Part shown: positions 38,795-48,415 of the stretch, piece by piece
Layout: every line of letters starts with the position of its first letter
How positions within the stretch are numbered: position 1 is the stretch's first letter
From: a virus
Strand: one strand, 5' to 3'
Length of the DNA: 64,000 nt
Virus record (IMG/VR): IMGVR_UViG_3300050166_000025
Coordinates: 1 to 64,000 of that record
Position numbers and translations under genes: made by a program
Notes under the pieces: model-generated
What the model saw: the letters and a program-made list of their open reading frames with translations, nothing else
Database searches by the model: none
What the model was told of the DNA's origin: nothing

Positions 38795-39234
38795 TAGAAT
38801 AAACGATTAATTTTTTTACGCTTTAAGATTTCAGTTCTATCATCAAGGGCTTGAATCAGGTCCTCTTTAAATTTGTTACTTAACGATGAATAGAACTTGG
38901 TTGGATTAACGTTAAAGTAATCTGCTGTCTCTGCAAAGATTTCAATCAATGAATACTTGTCATCTAACTCAGCTGCAATAAATTCATAGACTTCGTTAAT
39001 GTCAAGCTTCTTTAACTTTTTAGCCTCTGCTAAATCATCTAGGTCATTGAATGATTTGAATCTAGACACAACTACCAGATCGTGAATATCTCTTCTGATC
39101 ATATCTAATTGAATCTTGTCTTCTTCATCAGTATTGTCTGCGTACTGTGGAGAGATTTGAAACGAGATGCTCGAATCTAATTCAAACGCCTGATCATGAA
39201 ACGTATTGTCAAATATTTTATCTCTTTTTTCCAT
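38794..39234 (-). CDS. Hypothetical protein, possibly gp33-like late coactivator
   Basis: C-terminal SLIEIFAETADYFNVNPTKFYSSLSNKFKEDLI loosely resembles gp33. Confidence 0.35.
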   Translation of the reverse strand: MEKRDKIFDNTFHDQAFELDSSISFQISPQYADNTDEEDKIQLDMIRRDIHDLVVVSRFKSFNDLDDLAEAKKLKKLDINEVYEFIAAELDDKYSLIEIFAETADYFNVNPTKFYSSLSNKFKEDLIQALDDRTEILKRKKINRLF

Positions 39235-39245
39235 GGGGTTATTGT

Positions 39246-40553
39246 TTATAGTTCATGGATGTTTGAATTACTGAGTTCATCAGTTTCTGTCAATCGCATG
39301 TATTGATAATTAATGTTTAATTTACACTTAACTCCTCGGCCTTCGCCATCTCTAATTTTTAAGATCTTTAACCAGTACTCATAACTGGCTCTCATAATAT
39401 CGTCTTGAATAATACCTAGCATGACGTCGGCTGTGTGTGAAAGACCGGCTGATTCAGCTACGTCTGACATTGAAATATCTGAAGAGTTATAACCGCTTCT
39501 TGTAATCTGAGTTGCTGTTACAATCAACCACTTGTTTCTGACACCCATTGCTCTTAAATCTTCGGCAATCTGCTTAATCTTTAAGTAAGTATTTTCTGAG
39601 TTAGGGTTTCTATAATTTGATAAGATGTTAATGTAATCAATTACAATTTTACCTAATTTGATTTTACGCTCTTCTTCGATCTGCTTTAGGTAGGCTTCAA
39701 TATCTGGCACAGTTGCTTGAGAAGTTGGAAACTGCTTAACGAATAGTTGACCTGGAGGAGTTAACCCGTCGCCAACAGTTTCCAGCTTTCTTTTCAACCA
39801 ATCAGTATTCTTTGCTTTATCATCGTACTCATTCATTGTTACCGAAAGAACATTAGAACCAATACGCTTCATGAATTTGTGAGCTGACATTTCAGCAGTA
39901 ATAACCGCTGTGTTTGTTCCCATCTTTACTGCGCTAGCAGCTTCATTTGCAAGATAGATTGATTTACCAATGTTCTGTTCACCAACATAAACCACTAGAG
40001 TTCCATCTTTATCGTATCCACCGCCTAGAGCTCTATCTAAGAAGTTGTAGCCTGATGAAGTTTTAGTAACTCCTTCTTGAACGTGGTCAGTTGGATTAAA
40101 GAAGTCTAATCCGATGTCTGAATTAAAGGTCAGAGAGTTCCTGTCGTTAATTAAACCTTTAACCTTAGTAATAATACTATCGACGTTATCTGGATTCACC
40201 TGAGTTGTCTTGATGAACTCGATGGTGTCAATCAGAGTTGTATCGAAGTTACGCCATTTAATCCAGGACTCGGCTGTTGTAGTTAACCATTCCTCATCAT
40301 ATTGTGTTAAGTCAGAATGATACACGACATCAATAATGTCGGGATCAACTTCGGTTTTTGCACGTTGAACTAGCAACTTCATCTGCTCTAGAGATGGAGA
40401 TTCATGAAACTTATCATGAAATTTAGTTGCCAGATAGTGCATAGCGTCTATCTCTTCACTAGTATAAAAGCCTTTCTTAATTGCTTCTAAATACTTTGGT
40501 TTTTGTAGAGATAGTTTAAAGAATATTTTCTCGAAGTCTTGTCCGAATTTCAT
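39246..40553 (-). CDS. gp41: Replicative DnaB-like helicase
   Basis: GEQNIGKS, TAEM, IVIDY, TATQITR, AESAG and KIRDG. Confidence 0.93.
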   Translation of the reverse strand: MKFGQDFEKIFFKLSLQKPKYLEAIKKGFYTSEEIDAMHYLATKFHDKFHESPSLEQMKLLVQRAKTEVDPDIIDVVYHSDLTQYDEEWLTTTAESWIKWRNFDTTLIDTIEFIKTTQVNPDNVDSIITKVKGLINDRNSLTFNSDIGLDFFNPTDHVQEGVTKTSSGYNFLDRALGGGYDKDGTLVVYVGEQNIGKSIYLANEAASAVKMGTNTAVITAEMSAHKFMKRIGSNVLSVTMNEYDDKAKNTDWLKRKLETVGDGLTPPGQLFVKQFPTSQATVPDIEAYLKQIEEERKIKLGKIVIDYINILSNYRNPNSENTYLKIKQIAEDLRAMGVRNKWLIVTATQITRSGYNSSDISMSDVAESAGLSHTADVMLGIIQDDIMRASYEYWLKILKIRDGEGRGVKCKLNINYQYMRLTETDELSNSNIHEL

Positions 40554-40888
40554 GCGAATGGATTTAAAATTATTCTATACGTTTCTTTGCCTTCTGTTTC
40601 ACATGTGCACTCAATTAATCCTAATTCAATTGCATGTTTTAATCCAGCTTCTATGTTTGACTCTGGAAATCCAGCCGCTTCATACTTGATTAGAGCGTGT
40701 TTAGAAAAAGTGTCCTTATATCTTTCTGAATTTCTTCTGGCACGTTGCACATAGATATACACTATGTCAAACGCATCTGGGTATTGCTCAAATTCCTGCT
40801 CTATACCCAAGATATATTTGATAGGTAACATATCTTCTGATAGTTGATGAACGTTACTCATTTTAATCTTCTTCGTTAATGATGTCAT
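40550..40888 (-). CDS. Hypothetical, winged-helix-like protein (start probably MSNVHQ, near 40861)
   Basis: ORF between uvsX and gp41; GLKHAIELGLIE...YRI pattern. Confidence 0.55.
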   Translation of the reverse strand: MTSLTKKIKMSNVHQLSEDMLPIKYILGIEQEFEQYPDAFDIVYIYVQRARRNSERYKDTFSKHALIKYEAAGFPESNIEAGLKHAIELGLIECTCETEGKETYRIILNPFA

Positions 40889-41978
40889 CGATAGTAAAAT
40901 CGTTCACATCAGTGTTGTAGTTAAAGATAGGTTTGATGTGTTCATCAATCTGCTGTAATACTTCTTTAGTGAATACTTTTTCAGTAAAGAATTCTGCGTT
41001 AGTAATAGGTGTGTCTAAGTGCTTACATACCCATGTTCTTGCTGTATCCTTTAAAACTTTCTCCTTTGTTTTTGGGTCGATAGTTCCTCTTGCTACACCG
41101 CAAATATCCCATGTTGCATACTGCTCCAATCCAACATAACGATTCATACCTTTGCTAAAGTCAAGGTGAAACTTAATAGGATGTGGTTTTGCAAATCGAT
41201 TCTTAGCAGGTTTAGCCGTTACAATAATACCTACTCTTTCTGCTCCATCCTTTAACTGTGCTTTTGTAAGCATCAATACAATAGAAGCTGCGTACTCTGG
41301 GCCTGTTCCGCCACCGGCTACATGAACTGGCATAAAATCCTGTGACAAATAAGTGTGGTTAGTAAACAAGAAAGGAATCTTTAAGTCTGCTAAAGGAGTC
41401 ATGATGATTCTAAAGATTGACTTAAGCACTTTAGAGCGAGTCATATCTGCTTTATCTGAACCGTTTGCAGCATCATCAATTTCTTTCTGTGTTGCTAAGT
41501 TACCAGCCGAATCTAAAAGAATCATTACCTTTGGTAATTCTGCTCCATTTCTTTTAGCATCTTGCATCTTCTTAGTAATAGTAGTAACCGAAGTTCTAAA
41601 CTCCTGCACTGTATTTACTGGTTGATAATTGACTTTAGAAATATCGATGCCGAACTTCTTCATTAGGTCTTTATCGATAGCTGCTTCAGAATCATAGTAG
41701 ATGACACTGTAACCCATGTCAATTGCTTCTCTTACTGTATTCAACATTAAGAAAGTCTTGCCTGTTCCTGAAGGGCCAGCTACTGAGACCGCTCTGTTGT
41801 TTGGCCATCCTTTAAAAAGAGAACCCGATACGCATGCATTTAGGTGATAATTACCCGTATCAATATATTCTGTGATTTCACTAAAGTCTGATAGCTCCAT
41901 GATAGAGCCCATTGGATTTAATGCAGCTAATTCACTGTTTAAATCATCAAACGTGAAAGATTTGTTACTTTTTGCCAT
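40863..41978 (-). CDS. uvsX: RecA-like recombinase UvsX
   Basis: IDTG, GPSGTGKT, YDSE, LDSAGNL, TNHTY, GGGTG and KNRF. Confidence 0.92.
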   Translation of the reverse strand: MAKSNKSFTFDDLNSELAALNPMGSIMELSDFSEITEYIDTGNYHLNACVSGSLFKGWPNNRAVSVAGPSGTGKTFLMLNTVREAIDMGYSVIYYDSEAAIDKDLMKKFGIDISKVNYQPVNTVQEFRTSVTTITKKMQDAKRNGAELPKVMILLDSAGNLATQKEIDDAANGSDKADMTRSKVLKSIFRIIMTPLADLKIPFLFTNHTYLSQDFMPVHVAGGGTGPEYAASIVLMLTKAQLKDGAERVGIIVTAKPAKNRFAKPHPIKFHLDFSKGMNRYVGLEQYATWDICGVARGTIDPKTKEKVLKDTARTWVCKHLDTPITNAEFFTEKVFTKEVLQQIDEHIKPIFNYNTDVNDFTIDDIINEED

Positions 41979-42171
41979 TTCCTTGTGTTGTTTTTTGTTC
42001 TAATTCTCTTAAATCTTGCAGCTCTTTAGTTGCTAGATTAATTTCAGATTCTAACATAGCCATTCTAGTTTGTAAAACCTTGACTCTATTTAAAATCTCT
42101 TGATATTTCTCGACAAATTCTAATTGAATTTGATCTAAATTATCTAATAAGTGTTCCGAATTCGTTTGCAT
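41965..42171 (-). CDS. Small coiled-coil hypothetical protein
   Basis: 68-aa ORF coupled to both neighbours. Confidence 0.6.
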   Translation of the reverse strand: MQTNSEHLLDNLDQIQLEFVEKYQEILNRVKVLQTRMAMLESEINLATKELQDLRELEQKTTQGNGKK

Positions 42172-43364
42172 TAAAATAGTGTTGATGAATAGATTAAATT
42201 TCTATTTAAAGTTTGTAGACCTACGCAGCCTAATACTCGATTCAATGGATCAATGATACATTTTTCAAATTGAGTTTCATAGTCCATTGCTGGAGCAAAC
42301 TCATAGGGGTGATCTCCTGGCAAGTAGCCAAACATCTCGCATACAGCATGTTCACAGTGATATAGTTTTAACTTTTCACCGTTATTAATCATTCTGTATT
42401 TAGACTTATACTTTGAATTGTTATTCATTAAGTAGTTGTAAAAACCAGCAGCTTTAACGTTAGGTGGACATTTAAGACCATACTCAAAACGACTATGATC
42501 ATCTATGATATACTTTTCAATGTTATTGGTTCTCTTATTGAATGAAATCTCGTCTACGCTTACCATCTTAAACTCTTTCTTGACTTTCTTTAAGAATGTC
42601 ACAATGGTGGTTAGTGTTTCTGGTGTAGGTTTCTTTTCAAAAAGAATCTGCAAAGCTTCTGCTAGTTTTTTTCTGGCGAATGTTGGTGTAGAAGATTGAA
42701 TGGTATCATATCCAACTGTTTTAATCTTCTTTAGCATTTTATGTCTTTCGCTCTTGCTCAACTTATCATCCCATGCTAGATTCTGCAGATACTTTTTCTT
42801 TGCCATCCAGATTCCTGAGTACGCAATCGATTCCATTTCAAAAACTAAGAAGGAATCTGTATTTGTATTTTCAGCGTACTTATCAAGTGCCTTAACAATA
42901 TAGTCTTTAATTCTAAGATCATATATCGCTAAGATGAATGTTACAATGTCCATCTTTTCACCTAACCATTCGATAGATTCATACATTTCCTGAAATTGAA
43001 CGTAGTTTGAATCTGTATCAATATAAATTACAGCCGGTTTATAAACTGGTTTATTTACCTTGATATTAAACTTCTTATGAATCTCTGTGTCCTTTATGAA
43101 AAAGTCTTGAAAATACTTGTTTAGAATCTTTTCTGAATATAAGATAGCGTTTTGTCCTTGTAATGTAATAGACTCTGCGATATCGATATTAAAGAAGTGA
43201 AACCACTTATTTCCAAATGCACCATAAATTGAGTTAAGCATAACTTTAACGGCTTGTTCGTATGCAGTAAACTTAGCAGACTCTACTTCATAGAAATCTG
43301 CTAAGTGTTTCATCTCTTCAAGCGTTAATTCTTCTTCTGGCTTATTTAGAAGTTGTTCTATCAT
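42171..43364 (-). CDS. gp43: Family B DNA polymerase, C-terminal subunit (43B-like)
   Basis: KVMLNSIYG (motif B), YIDTDS (motif C) and KKKY. Confidence 0.92.
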   Translation of the reverse strand: MIEQLLNKPEEELTLEEMKHLADFYEVESAKFTAYEQAVKVMLNSIYGAFGNKWFHFFNIDIAESITLQGQNAILYSEKILNKYFQDFFIKDTEIHKKFNIKVNKPVYKPAVIYIDTDSNYVQFQEMYESIEWLGEKMDIVTFILAIYDLRIKDYIVKALDKYAENTNTDSFLVFEMESIAYSGIWMAKKKYLQNLAWDDKLSKSERHKMLKKIKTVGYDTIQSSTPTFARKKLAEALQILFEKKPTPETLTTIVTFLKKVKKEFKMVSVDEISFNKRTNNIEKYIIDDHSRFEYGLKCPPNVKAAGFYNYLMNNNSKYKSKYRMINNGEKLKLYHCEHAVCEMFGYLPGDHPYEFAPAMDYETQFEKCIIDPLNRVLGCVGLQTLNRNLIYSSTLF

Positions 43365-44110
43365 TAATCAGCTGATTGACAAGTTGCAATTGTTAGAAGA
43401 GTATTTGAATCCTTTGAGCGTAATACTACTCGGTTAGAGAATACGTTTGCCGCATAATCTTCTTTATCAAATAGATTTAAGTATTTCTTGTAGATCACTG
43501 CATTGGATTTAGCAGCACCCGTAGTGTTGATTAATTTACTGTAAGACTTACCTTTAATACGAACACCTTCTTTAGAAGAAGAGATTGTAAAGGTTTCATC
43601 TTTATCTAAACCAAATAAAGATTTGATTTTAGTAACCTCGTTGTGAGTAATGTCGAAGTTAACGTCAGCTCCTTCTAGAGAGAAGATGTTCTGTAATTGT
43701 GCTTCAGTTAAGTCTTTGAAGCCAAGAGATGGCTCTGAACAAGCTAAAGTAATCTCTAACTCGTCATTAAAAATCTTAAAGCTAGAAGCTACAAAATCTT
43801 CATCATTTTCTAAGAATTCAATTTCAGCTTGAATAGAATCATACTCAAATTGACGGAATGCATCAATTAATTTATTTGCATCAAAGAATGCAACTTTAAG
43901 CTCCTTTGTGGTTTCAATCTTATTAGCTAGTGCAAAGATTTCATTTACTGGAACTTGGTGATGCTTAACTGCGTCACGCTGAGGCAAATAAGCCGAAGAG
44001 ATAATACGATCATCCTTAATCTTGAAGTAGATGAATGAATCGATAACCTTGAGACGATTGACGAACGTGATGAATGAGTTCTGATCAACCTTAGAGATTG
44101 TTACTTTCAT
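43364..44110 (-). CDS. Probable sliding clamp (gp45-like)
   Basis: 248 aa, alternating alpha/beta pattern, adjacent to the polymerase, middle-type promoter. Confidence 0.55.
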   Translation of the reverse strand: MKVTISKVDQNSFITFVNRLKVIDSFIYFKIKDDRIISSAYLPQRDAVKHHQVPVNEIFALANKIETTKELKVAFFDANKLIDAFRQFEYDSIQAEIEFLENDEDFVASSFKIFNDELEITLACSEPSLGFKDLTEAQLQNIFSLEGADVNFDITHNEVTKIKSLFGLDKDETFTISSSKEGVRIKGKSYSKLINTTGAAKSNAVIYKKYLNLFDKEDYAANVFSNRVVLRSKDSNTLLTIATCQSAD

Positions 44111-44134
44111 ATTTATTTTTTGTTACGTTTAGTT

Positions 44135-44163
44135 ATTCTATATGAAAGATGCAGTTTGTTTCA
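44135..44163 (-). promoter_or_regulatory. Putative middle promoter TGAAAC-N17-TAGAAT
   Basis: Exact-spacing motif. Confidence 0.55.
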
Positions 44164-44167
44164 AAAC

Positions 44168-44256
44168 AAAAAAAGGGCAGGAATAGTAGCGAACGTTTTC
44201 CTGCCCAAGCCGTTAACTAAGAACGGTCCTAAAATGTGGCCGTCTTTCAGGCCACC
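44168..44256. ncRNA. Three-hairpin element after nrdA with 23S rRNA H69-region similarity; the last hairpin is a minus-strand terminator
   Basis: Plus strand GCCGTTAACTAAGAACGGTCCTAA (44209-44232) and GTAGCGAA (44186-44193) versus 23S GCCGTAACTATAACGGTCCTAAGGTAGCGAA; stems GGGCAGGAA/TTCCTGCCC and GTGGCC/GGCCAC. Confidence 0.6.
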
Positions 44257-44263
44257 GGATCTT

Positions 44264-45919
44264 TTATGCCTCGCAGCTTGCGCAATCCAATATATCTCTT
44301 GCGAATGACTGCGCTGAACTCTGGCTAAATTGATAATATAGAGTCTTAACTCCTGACTCATGTGCTCTAAGATATAATTGATTAATATCTTTTGCTGGCA
44401 CACTTGGGTGAATCATTAAATTCAGAGACTGTGATTGGTCAATAAATTGTTGTCTTTGACCAGCTTGTAAGATAATTTCACTTGGAGAGATCTCAACGAA
44501 TGACTTAAATACCCTTTTAGTTGGAAAGTCTAAGTGCTGAACTGAACCATCTCTTTTCAAGATTCCTTCCCAAACATCGGGAGTATTCAAATCATATTTA
44601 ATTAGCTCTTTAATTAAGAAAGGATTCTTATAGATGGTCTTTGATTTCGCCAAGTCTTTTACAAAATAGTTAGACTTAATAGGCTCGATTCCCATTGACA
44701 CTTGCCCATGAATAAAAGAGCTTGATTTAGTTGGAGCGATTGCAATCAAGGTAGTGTTTGCAAATCCTTCTCTTAAAGAACGGTATCCCTTCTCATCATG
44801 TAACCATTTTGAAGCCAGTTCTGTCTTCTCTTTAAGAGTTTTAAAGATTTGGAAGTTTAACTGTTTTGCCTCTAGTGAATCAAACTCAATTAGCTTTGAT
44901 TGGAATAGAGAATGGTACCCTAAGACTCCAACTCCAAGAGCTCTGTGCTGCTCTGCGAACCGGTGTGCTCTTGACATACCTGGTAGATTATATGATTTCT
45001 TAACGAATTCATCCATTACTGCGTTTAAGAACATTGTATAGATCTCGATAGCGTCAGTGTCCTTTAATTCATCCCAATGTAAAAGATTGATAGAACCTAA
45101 ACAGCATACGAACGAATTGAATGAGTCGGTCGGTAATTGAATCTCTGAGCACAGGTTACTTGCTGTAATGTCAAGTCCTAGAGCCTTATATGGTGAATTA
45201 TTATTAGAGTTGTCCTTGAACATAATGTAAGGAAAACCAAACTCGTTTCTTCTCTGAATAATCTTAGCCCAGATCTTGCGCTTATCAGCATCACCGGCTT
45301 TCATTTCTTCTATCCACTTATCAGTAACTGTAACACCATACTGTAAGTTTTGAATTGGATTTCCATCCGAACCAATATCTAAAAATTCTAGGATATCACT
45401 GTGCTCTACCGGTAACCAGGCTGCGCATGCTCCTCTTCTTGCTTCTGATTGTTTACATACGTCAACTGTTGTATCGTACATTCTAGCGTAGTGAACTGGG
45501 CCATCTGCTGTTCCGCCTGTTGAAATCTTCGTGCCTCTTGCTCTAATATTACCTAAGAAGATGGAGGTTCCTCCACCATACTTTGACATCATTCCAATTT
45601 CTCTAGAACCATTTAAGATACTATCTAATGTGTCATCGACATTAGAACCGTAGCAGCTGATTGGAAGACCTTTGTCTTTGCCAAAATTAATCCAAACTGG
45701 TGTTGAGAGACTGTAAAATCCTCTAGCCATATAGTCTTCAAACTTCTTTGCAAAGCCTTCAACCTTTAAGTATTTTTCTGCTCTATTTGCAATGTCTTTA
45801 ATTCTTTGTTCAGGCGTTTCTGTAATATAACCCCTTGATAAAAAAGTACGGCTCTCTTCATTTAACCAATAATATCTTTCTCTTGTGCCCTCCATAGGAT
45901 CGTTGCCGTTCATTTGCAT
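44264..45919 (-). CDS. nrdA: Ribonucleotide reductase class Ia alpha subunit (no ATP cone)
   Basis: STPV, PISC, GGG, SNLCSEI, APTKSSS, DQSQS, KTLYY and C-terminal CASC. Confidence 0.95.
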   Translation of the reverse strand: MQMNGNDPMEGTRERYYWLNEESRTFLSRGYITETPEQRIKDIANRAEKYLKVEGFAKKFEDYMARGFYSLSTPVWINFGKDKGLPISCYGSNVDDTLDSILNGSREIGMMSKYGGGTSIFLGNIRARGTKISTGGTADGPVHYARMYDTTVDVCKQSEARRGACAAWLPVEHSDILEFLDIGSDGNPIQNLQYGVTVTDKWIEEMKAGDADKRKIWAKIIQRRNEFGFPYIMFKDNSNNNSPYKALGLDITASNLCSEIQLPTDSFNSFVCCLGSINLLHWDELKDTDAIEIYTMFLNAVMDEFVKKSYNLPGMSRAHRFAEQHRALGVGVLGYHSLFQSKLIEFDSLEAKQLNFQIFKTLKEKTELASKWLHDEKGYRSLREGFANTTLIAIAPTKSSSFIHGQVSMGIEPIKSNYFVKDLAKSKTIYKNPFLIKELIKYDLNTPDVWEGILKRDGSVQHLDFPTKRVFKSFVEISPSEIILQAGQRQQFIDQSQSLNLMIHPSVPAKDINQLYLRAHESGVKTLYYQFSQSSAQSFARDILDCASCEA

Positions 45920-45946
45920 ATATTTAATTGTTTTTAAAATTTAGGA

Positions 45947-46927
45947 TTAAAATAAATCGTCTTCTGTAATACTCTTACTCTTCTTATTGTAATCAACTGA
46001 TTTTTTGTAAAAGAAATCTCCCTCCTTAGTTGAAAGAATCTCAACATCAAACCATAGAGTCTTCTCAAGTTCTTGAAAGTCAACCTCGAATACTGGCTCC
46101 ATTCCAATTCTCTGTAAAGAATTATTGAATCTATTTTGAATAAAGTTTTTGATTGTGTCTTTCGAAAGAAAATCAAGTTCTCCTTCTTCAAAGATCCAGT
46201 CTAAGATTTTGCATTCTGAAGCATACGCTTTTTTGCAAGCAGAGTCAATCAGTTCTTCGAATTCTTTATCGAACCACTCTGGATTTTCAGCCTTGATAAT
46301 ATTAATCAGCTCGGAGCCAAAATTACCGTGAATCTCTTCTTCCTTTGAAGTGGCTTCAACCACGTTAGAGATACCCTTAAAGACGTTCTTCTCCTTGTTG
46401 AATGACATCATAATCAAGAACTGACTAAATAAGCTAACGTGTTCGATGAACAGAGAGAATAAAAGAACGCTCTTGGTGTACATCTTATTGTCCTTGCTTC
46501 TAGTACCGTCTAGGTATTTAGATAGGTATGCAATTCTATCTTTGATTGCTGGAATCTCTACTACGTTCTGGAATTCTTCTTCAAGTCCTAGAACTCTTAA
46601 TAGCTGTGCGTAAGCATCTTTGTGTCTTACTTCCGATTCAGCAAAGGTCATGCCTACATCGCCGATTTCAGTGATTGGCATTCTCTTATAAAGATCTGCC
46701 CAGAAAGTTTTAACGTTAACTTCAATTTGTGCAATGGCTAGCATCGCTCTTTTAATTACTTCTCTTTCTTGATCAGTGATTTTTGTCTTAAAATCATCGA
46801 TATCAGTGGTAAAGTTAAATTCAGTGTGAATCCAGTATGAGTGTCTAATTGCGTCTTTATAAGCTAGAAGTGACGGGTACTCGTATGGTAGAATGTTAAC
46901 TCTTTTTTCAAAAATATTATTGTTCAT
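45947..46927 (-). CDS. nrdB: Ribonucleotide reductase class Ia beta subunit
   Basis: ESEVRHKDAY, EHVSLFSQF, EEEIH and DFF...Y C-terminus. Confidence 0.95.
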   Translation of the reverse strand: MNNNIFEKRVNILPYEYPSLLAYKDAIRHSYWIHTEFNFTTDIDDFKTKITDQEREVIKRAMLAIAQIEVNVKTFWADLYKRMPITEIGDVGMTFAESEVRHKDAYAQLLRVLGLEEEFQNVVEIPAIKDRIAYLSKYLDGTRSKDNKMYTKSVLLFSLFIEHVSLFSQFLIMMSFNKEKNVFKGISNVVEATSKEEEIHGNFGSELINIIKAENPEWFDKEFEELIDSACKKAYASECKILDWIFEEGELDFLSKDTIKNFIQNRFNNSLQRIGMEPVFEVDFQELEKTLWFDVEILSTKEGDFFYKKSVDYNKKSKSITEDDLF

Positions 46928-46970
46928 TTTTGTCTTTTTTTATAAAACTAGATTAAATATGCTAACTTGT

Positions 46971-46979
46971 TATATATTC
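46971..46979 (-). promoter_or_regulatory. Late-type promoter variant GAATATATA before nrdB
   Basis: Recurrent motif. Confidence 0.45.
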
Positions 46980-46983
46980 GAAC

Positions 46984-48414
46984 TTAGTTTTTAGGGGCTA
47001 AATTTGCTTTCTCTATTTCAGCAATTTTTTTTCTTAATAAATCTGCTTTAGTGTAATAAGTATACGAGAGCTTCTTATAATGCTTTCTTTGGTCATATAG
47101 ATCAGATAATATTTTTTTCAAAATAGATTCTTCCTTTGAATAAACTACACCGTTTTCACAAACAATTACGTTCTTATCTTTGCGTCTTTCTGCTATTTTA
47201 TCCGGCGTTACTTTTTCAACAAAGGCATCGGGCGAGATATTAAATTGTCTCATAATCGAAGGATATAGAGATGCAAAGTCAAAGGCTGTAACTCCTTCGT
47301 AGAATCCAACTAAAGGCTCTTTTACAAAGGCTCCAGCGTACTGCGTATCTTTCTTATTGTCTTCTCTTGGTTCTGTTCCAATACGTTTGCCGTCTTCGGT
47401 TAATTTTCTAGCGATAAGAGCTTCGGTTACTGCCACCGGGCTCGCTGCTTTATATAGAGGCATCTTTGCAATCGAGGCTAGAGTCAATAAGACTTCCATT
47501 GACTTTAACTTTTTATCAATGTAATAGACTAGAATTGAATCGACAACGTTATAGTAGATGTATTTTGTAAAGTTATCTCTATATAAATCCTGTAAAGATC
47601 CTGTGTATTTAATCTTATTTGTTTTAAGTACTTGACCGGCCACAAAATCTAGAGCGTTAGACTCTTTTACTTTTACAGAGCGATCATACTTATCGTATAA
47701 CTGCATGTAGTCTAGAATGCCCATGTGAAGAGGACGTGAGTCTTCGGAATCCAATGAACCAGTTTTAGCGGCTTCAGTGATATCGATCTGTAATCTTTTG
47801 CATCGATTTACAATATATTGCCAGTCATAGTTGATAAAGTTCCAACCTGTCATCATTGGAAAGCGAGTCATAAACTTATTGACAAATGTATACACCATAT
47901 CATATTCTGTCTTGAATTTGATATACTGAAAGGACCATTCATCATTAAATTGCTTAAAATACTCGTTCGTATCATCTTCAATCTTCTTGATCTTATCGGC
48001 TTCCATGTCCTCTAAACCCAATACAATTACTTTCTTAGAAGGAGTGACGATTGAAAATGCTAAGATTCTTGATTTAGCCTCCTCTGCTTTTGGAAAACCA
48101 TCGACGATTTCAGTTTCAATATCGACAAAGTAGGTCTTTGGCATATTGTACTCGTAGATTTCTGCTTTATCTGCCTCAGGTAAACCATCCATGAAATAAA
48201 CCAATGAGAACTTATTAAACTGTCTGGACGGAGACATTTTTACAGAACGACCATCCCAGTTCTTAAACTTCTCACTAGTGTCACGCTCTTTCGCATCACA
48301 CACATGCCAATTCTTAAACTGCGCGATCGGGTAACGTTTAAAGGCTACTTCGCCTTCTTTATTGTAATACGATACGATAATTTCCTTATCTCTTTGTTCT
48401 ATATCTAATAGCAT
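46984..48414 (-). CDS. gp43: Family B DNA polymerase, N-terminal subunit (exonuclease + motif A; 43A-like)
   Basis: DIETE (ExoI), GWNFINYD (ExoII), YNVVD (ExoIII), GAFVKEP and DFASLYPS; ends in the fingers helix. Start set at MLLDIEQ (48414). Confidence 0.92.
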   Translation of the reverse strand: MLLDIEQRDKEIIVSYYNKEGEVAFKRYPIAQFKNWHVCDAKERDTSEKFKNWDGRSVKMSPSRQFNKFSLVYFMDGLPEADKAEIYEYNMPKTYFVDIETEIVDGFPKAEEAKSRILAFSIVTPSKKVIVLGLEDMEADKIKKIEDDTNEYFKQFNDEWSFQYIKFKTEYDMVYTFVNKFMTRFPMMTGWNFINYDWQYIVNRCKRLQIDITEAAKTGSLDSEDSRPLHMGILDYMQLYDKYDRSVKVKESNALDFVAGQVLKTNKIKYTGSLQDLYRDNFTKYIYYNVVDSILVYYIDKKLKSMEVLLTLASIAKMPLYKAASPVAVTEALIARKLTEDGKRIGTEPREDNKKDTQYAGAFVKEPLVGFYEGVTAFDFASLYPSIMRQFNISPDAFVEKVTPDKIAERRKDKNVIVCENGVVYSKEESILKKILSDLYDQRKHYKKLSYTYYTKADLLRKKIAEIEKANLAPKN

Positions 48415-48415
48415 A

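Noticed and set aside
44168-44256. rRNA gene fragment or assembly chimera
   Set aside because: The match is short, permuted, contains paired insertions and is embedded in phage hairpins, so it is not a contiguous rRNA piece.
44161-44403. 80-aa minus-strand ORF overlapping the nrdA end and the hairpin element
   Set aside because: Out of frame with nrdA, runs through a terminator, and has no recognisable motif.
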